30,407 nt of DNA from the NCBI GenBank assembly GCA_964619725.1, contig CAZUFC010000103.1:1-30407 (forward strand), written 5' to 3'. Source of the DNA: an uncultured bacterium (lineage in GTDB: Bacteria > CSSED10-310 > CAZUFC01). Shown one piece after another: positions 27,344 through 30,407 of this stretch; the stretch's first letter is position 1; every line of letters begins with the position of its first letter. Made by a program: the position numbers and the translations under genes. Below the pieces are notes generated by a model that was given only the letters and a program-made list of their open reading frames with translations, was not told where the DNA came from and did not search any database.

Positions 27344-28643
27344 GCAGTTGAATCTGGTTGAATTTTTAATTCGTCATTACGGAATGGAGTTCAACCGAGA
27401 AGGTAAACGCTGGTCGTCTTTTTCCCCGTTCAAAGAAGAGCGGAACCCCAGTTTCATTGTTCATTGCCGTAACGGACAATGGTTGTATAAAGATTTTTCG
27501 AGCGATTCGGGAGGCAGTATAATAGACTTCATAATGCATAAAGAAGATATTTCTTCGCCGTCTGAAGCTTTGGGATTCATCAATCGAATCAAGGGAACCG
27601 GATATAGGGGAATGACGATTAAACAAGCAGCTGAGAAATCTGAAACCGCCTATGATCTTGATTACGTTTACAGGAAAATCAAGTCGGAGGATGCCGGACC
27701 GGCTTATGAATGGCTTAAACGACGAGGCATAAGCGCTTCTTTGAATGCTGAATTGAAGAAGGCGGATATCGTAAGAGTGAATCGAAAAAATGGTGAGACC
27801 TACTGCTGCTTCGAGGTTCGTGATGAATCTGGAAAATTGCGATGCCTTGACAACCATCAGATCGGCGGGAGGAAAAAGTTCGTTCTCGGTGAAAAGTACT
27901 TGTTTACGCTTGATCATGAACGCCTGAACCGATCGGAGCGCGTGTTCGTTTCCGAAGGAATCGTGGATTGCCTGAGCATTCTCGATATAGAAGGGCATGA
28001 TACGGCTTCCGCAGCCTTGTTGGGGTTGACGACGAAATTTTTGGAACGCCGCATACCTGACGCCGTGGAAATAATATCCGCATTGGATGCCGACGATGCA
28101 GGAATATCGAAAACGCTGGATTTAAAGGAGTCATTTCCCGATAAGAGGGTTACGGCGTATGATATGGAGGATCATAAAGACCCGAATGAATTATTGACGG
28201 CCATACGATCCCAAAAACGAAAATCGTTGTCGCAGGATAAAAGAATGGAACTTTATGAAGATTATATCCGGAGCGAAAACAAAAGCGAAGTCGCCGGGCG
28301 TTGGGGAGTGGATCGTTCATATATGTATGAGATAATAAACGATTGTCGTCGATTTATTCAGGAAGGATATGTTCACAGACGCCCCGGCCGTAAACTCAAA
28401 AACGAACCGAAAAATATGAAAGAAGCGATGGATCGAATTCGCGAACTTGAGCGGGAAAAAAACAAAGCCGAAGCGGAAAAAGAATTATATTACGCCCGCA
28501 GCGAACTTGCATCCGTTCGTCTTAAATATGCTGAGCTTGAAGCTGCGGAGTTGAGAGGCGATACGATACGAAAAAGCCAAACGGACGAACCTCGACCGAA
28601 TAAAAAACGACACATAAAAAAAAAGAAAAAGAGGCAACGGTGA
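27324..28643 (+). CDS. DnaG-like protein: degenerate CHC2-type N-domain, Toprim domain, C-terminal HTH/coiled coil resembling IS3 OrfA
   Basis: SPFKEERNPSF...YKDFSSDSGGSIIDF (CHC2-like but lacking the Cys/His ligands); WLKRRGIS; Toprim VFVSEGIVDCLS, ALDADDAG, KDPNE; HTH KSEVAGRWGVDRSYMYEI; RRPGRK; coiled coil; AGGAG RBS before ATG at 27324. Confidence 0.85.
   Translation: MTIDESKQLNLVEFLIRHYGMEFNREGKRWSSFSPFKEERNPSFIVHCRNGQWLYKDFSSDSGGSIIDFIMHKEDISSPSEALGFINRIKGTGYRGMTIKQAAEKSETAYDLDYVYRKIKSEDAGPAYEWLKRRGISASLNAELKKADIVRVNRKNGETYCCFEVRDESGKLRCLDNHQIGGRKKFVLGEKYLFTLDHERLNRSERVFVSEGIVDCLSILDIEGHDTASAALLGLTTKFLERRIPDAVEIISALDADDAGISKTLDLKESFPDKRVTAYDMEDHKDPNELLTAIRSQKRKSLSQDKRMELYEDYIRSENKSEVAGRWGVDRSYMYEIINDCRRFIQEGYVHRRPGRKLKNEPKNMKEAMDRIRELEREKNKAEAEKELYYARSELASVRLKYAELEAAELRGDTIRKSQTDEPRPNKKRHIKKKKKRQR
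28619..28625 (+). promoter_or_regulatory. Putative -1 programmed ribosomal frameshift heptamer A_AAA_AAG
   Basis: In phase with ORF2 (ATA AAA AAA AAG). The -1 frame is open from 28604 (after TAA at 28601-28603) straight into ORF3. Confidence 0.6.
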
Positions 28644-29749
28644 ACATGATCAAAAAAATTGCTGAAAAGTGTTCCTCTTTGAACATGAAAACAATAATCG
28701 ATCAAACCGATCATTCCCGCAGCAGGATTTATGAATGGATGAAAGGCAATACGGAAAGGAAGTCCAGAAAACGTAAGTCATTGGATTCAGATGTCGTATC
28801 AAATGCAGTGACAGTCGTTGTCCAATATCCCCATTTCGGAGGTCTGAAGGGACAATTGTACATGCTCTATTCCAAAATGGGACTGTTATCCAGGAATAAT
28901 TATCAACGCATTAAGAAGCTCGTTCGCCGAATGATCGCGTGGGAAGTTTACGATCGCCGCCTGATTCAAAAGCAAATCTCATCATACGAGCATCAACGAC
29001 CTTCATCTACGGGTGAGATTTGGGCTGAAGATTTCACTCAAATCGTAGCGGAAGGCAGAACTTTTTATATAGCCGTCGTAATCGATACGGCAAGTATGAT
29101 GTATCTTGGATGGGCCGTGATGTTTCGTCCGTGCGACGGTCTTGTAGCAGCGCCTGTTTTGCAGGCGCTTGAATCTTCCGACGGTAAACCGCCGATTGAG
29201 TTTCTTATCTCAGACAACGGAACGCAATATAAAAGCGAAAAGCACGAAAAATTGCTGGATGAAGCGAAAATCGTTCATAAATGCATACCGTCTTGCGTTC
29301 CCCAGTACAACGGTTCAGTGGAATGCGGGATGAGAGAATTGAAACAGGTGTTTTACGAAAATTGGCGAAATGAACGATTGCCGGAAAACAAAAAAGATAA
29401 GAAAGAAGCGACTAAAGAAAAAAATCTTTTGAAACGAGTTAGGATAACGCTTCAGCAAACTATAGAGGATTTAAATTGCAAAATACCTAGACCGGTTCTG
29501 AACGGAGTCGCTCCGGCAGACGTCCATGATGGAACCGCCAGGGACAAAAGAAAGGAGATTCTTGCCTACAAACAACGAGAACAAAACAGCAGCCCGAGGA
29601 AACCTCTCGATGTTCCCTTGTGGAAAGCCGTAAAAAATACGCTGGTGGGTATTGAAATGGATAATCGAAATTTATTAATCACACACCGCCTGCTGCATAA
29701 AAAACCGCTACGGCGGGTGGCGAAAATGATGCGGGAAGGTGTCGGGTAA
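28640..29749 (+). CDS. Second DDE integrase-core protein (IS3 OrfB-like)
   Basis: YPHFGG; DDE motifs IWAEDFT / LISDNGTQY / NGSVECGM; PRPVLNGVAP; lies in the -1 frame relative to ORF2; stop codon is inside the right TIR. Confidence 0.85.
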   Translation: MNMIKKIAEKCSSLNMKTIIDQTDHSRSRIYEWMKGNTERKSRKRKSLDSDVVSNAVTVVVQYPHFGGLKGQLYMLYSKMGLLSRNNYQRIKKLVRRMIAWEVYDRRLIQKQISSYEHQRPSSTGEIWAEDFTQIVAEGRTFYIAVVIDTASMMYLGWAVMFRPCDGLVAAPVLQALESSDGKPPIEFLISDNGTQYKSEKHEKLLDEAKIVHKCIPSCVPQYNGSVECGMRELKQVFYENWRNERLPENKKDKKEATKEKNLLKRVRITLQQTIEDLNCKIPRPVLNGVAPADVHDGTARDKRKEILAYKQREQNSSPRKPLDVPLWKAVKNTLVGIEMDNRNLLITHRLLHKKPLRRVAKMMREGVG

Positions 29750-29789
29750 TTTCTATGATTTTTTGTCCTTTTTATCTTGACCTAGCGCA
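29740..29789 (-). repeat. Right terminal inverted repeat
   Basis: Reverse complement is tgcgctaggtcaagataaaaaggacaaaaaatcatagaaattacccgaca. Confidence 0.88.
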
Positions 29790-30006
29790 AGTAAGTATCT
29801 CTTTTTAGTCTCGCCTTGTCGGTGTAATGGACTTGGAACGCCAATAATTCAATATTTTGTGCCGAAATCGGCTTACTTTTTATACCCTCATACCTGTTTC
29901 CCCTGTCTTTATAATCCAAGTCAGCGCCGGCGCAAACTTCGGTTGACCACCAAGCAGTGAAAAAAAACAAAACGATTATGTCAGTTAACAGTTTCGGTTT
30001 TTTCAT
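29790..30006 (-). pseudogene. 5' part (72 codons, signal peptide) of the interrupted gene; includes the right TSD at 29790-29795
   Basis: MKKPKLLTDIIVLFFFTAWWSTEVCA signal-like start; the ORF now stops at a TAG inside the right TIR; frame continues at 26139 once the element is removed. Confidence 0.9.
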
Positions 30007-30407
30007 AGCAACTAATCCTTATTTCCCAATATTTCTGAAAATGCAGCACGCAGGAAAAATGTAAAAAATTAAATTATTTTTTAAAAAGGAATTGTACTTT
30101 TTTTTCCAATTCGATTGCATAATGAAAACCATAATTTCAATTTTCCGATTATTCGGGCAAATTGATCGTTGAGAAGTTCACTTTTCATGATTTCTTATTC
30201 CAGAATCAAAAAAATTTCGGAAACATAAAGAATAAGAAGGAACCGAATCGTTTGATTTTCCATAAGAGTAGACCCTCCTTACATAAGAACATTTTAGTAA
30301 GTATCAGAAAAAGGCGAAAATGTCAACCGACTGACGAACGGATTGAAGAAATTTTGTGTCTTTCCGGCAAGCGTGCTTAACAATCCCTGCCCGCCGTGGC
30401 TATCATT

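Larger units (their letters stand above)
26145..29789 (+). mobile_element. 3645-bp transposable element: IS481-like transposase, Toprim primase-like/OrfA-like protein, second DDE integrase
   Basis: TGC...GCA ends, ~50-bp imperfect TIRs, 6-bp TSD, in-frame restoration of the interrupted host gene, three overlapping ORFs filling the element. Confidence 0.93.

Noticed and set aside
27324-28643. Host dnaG
   Set aside because: Lacks the Zn ligands and a DnaB-binding tail, has an OrfA-like C-terminus, and lies inside the element.
26145-29789. Classical composite transposon (two IS copies flanking a cargo gene)
   Set aside because: The two integrases are dissimilar, all three ORFs overlap, and I found no internal IRs; only one outer TIR pair and one TSD.
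30162-30380. 72-aa + strand ORF
   Set aside because: TTG start in AT-rich intergenic sequence with no motif; likely spurious.

Overview
Bacterial genomic window with four parts. (1) 1-2943: two minus-strand secreted beta-propeller/BNR-type proteins; the large one runs off the window start and is missing from the ORF track. (2) 4269-19032: five co-oriented minus-strand genes with unusual architectures: an Alba-like domain fused to a PIN nuclease; a TAXI solute-binding domain fused to a K+-channel-like pore and RCK domain (non-canonical filter, internal RBS+ATG before the RCK); a 942-aa helical protein with C-terminal TM segments; a 1373-aa soluble hybrid histidine kinase; and a 1038-aa protein with an N-terminal receiver domain. 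Intergenic spaces contain several families of MITE-like repeats. (3) 20177-22406: MlaF-MlaE fusion plus an MCE/MlaD gene. (4) 22657-30006: an AT-rich three-gene operon ending in a trypsin-like protease. Its first gene is split by a 3645-bp element (26145-29789) with ~50-bp imperfect TIRs and an AGTAAG target duplication. The element encodes an IS481-like DDE transposase, a DnaG-like Toprim protein with an IS3-OrfA-like tail, and a second DDE integrase reachable by an in-phase A_AAA_AAG -1 frameshift. The best candidates for undescribed systems are this primase-carrying two-transposase element and the TAXI-channel/kinase/Alba-PIN cluster. All domain calls are by eye from motifs; no database search was run.
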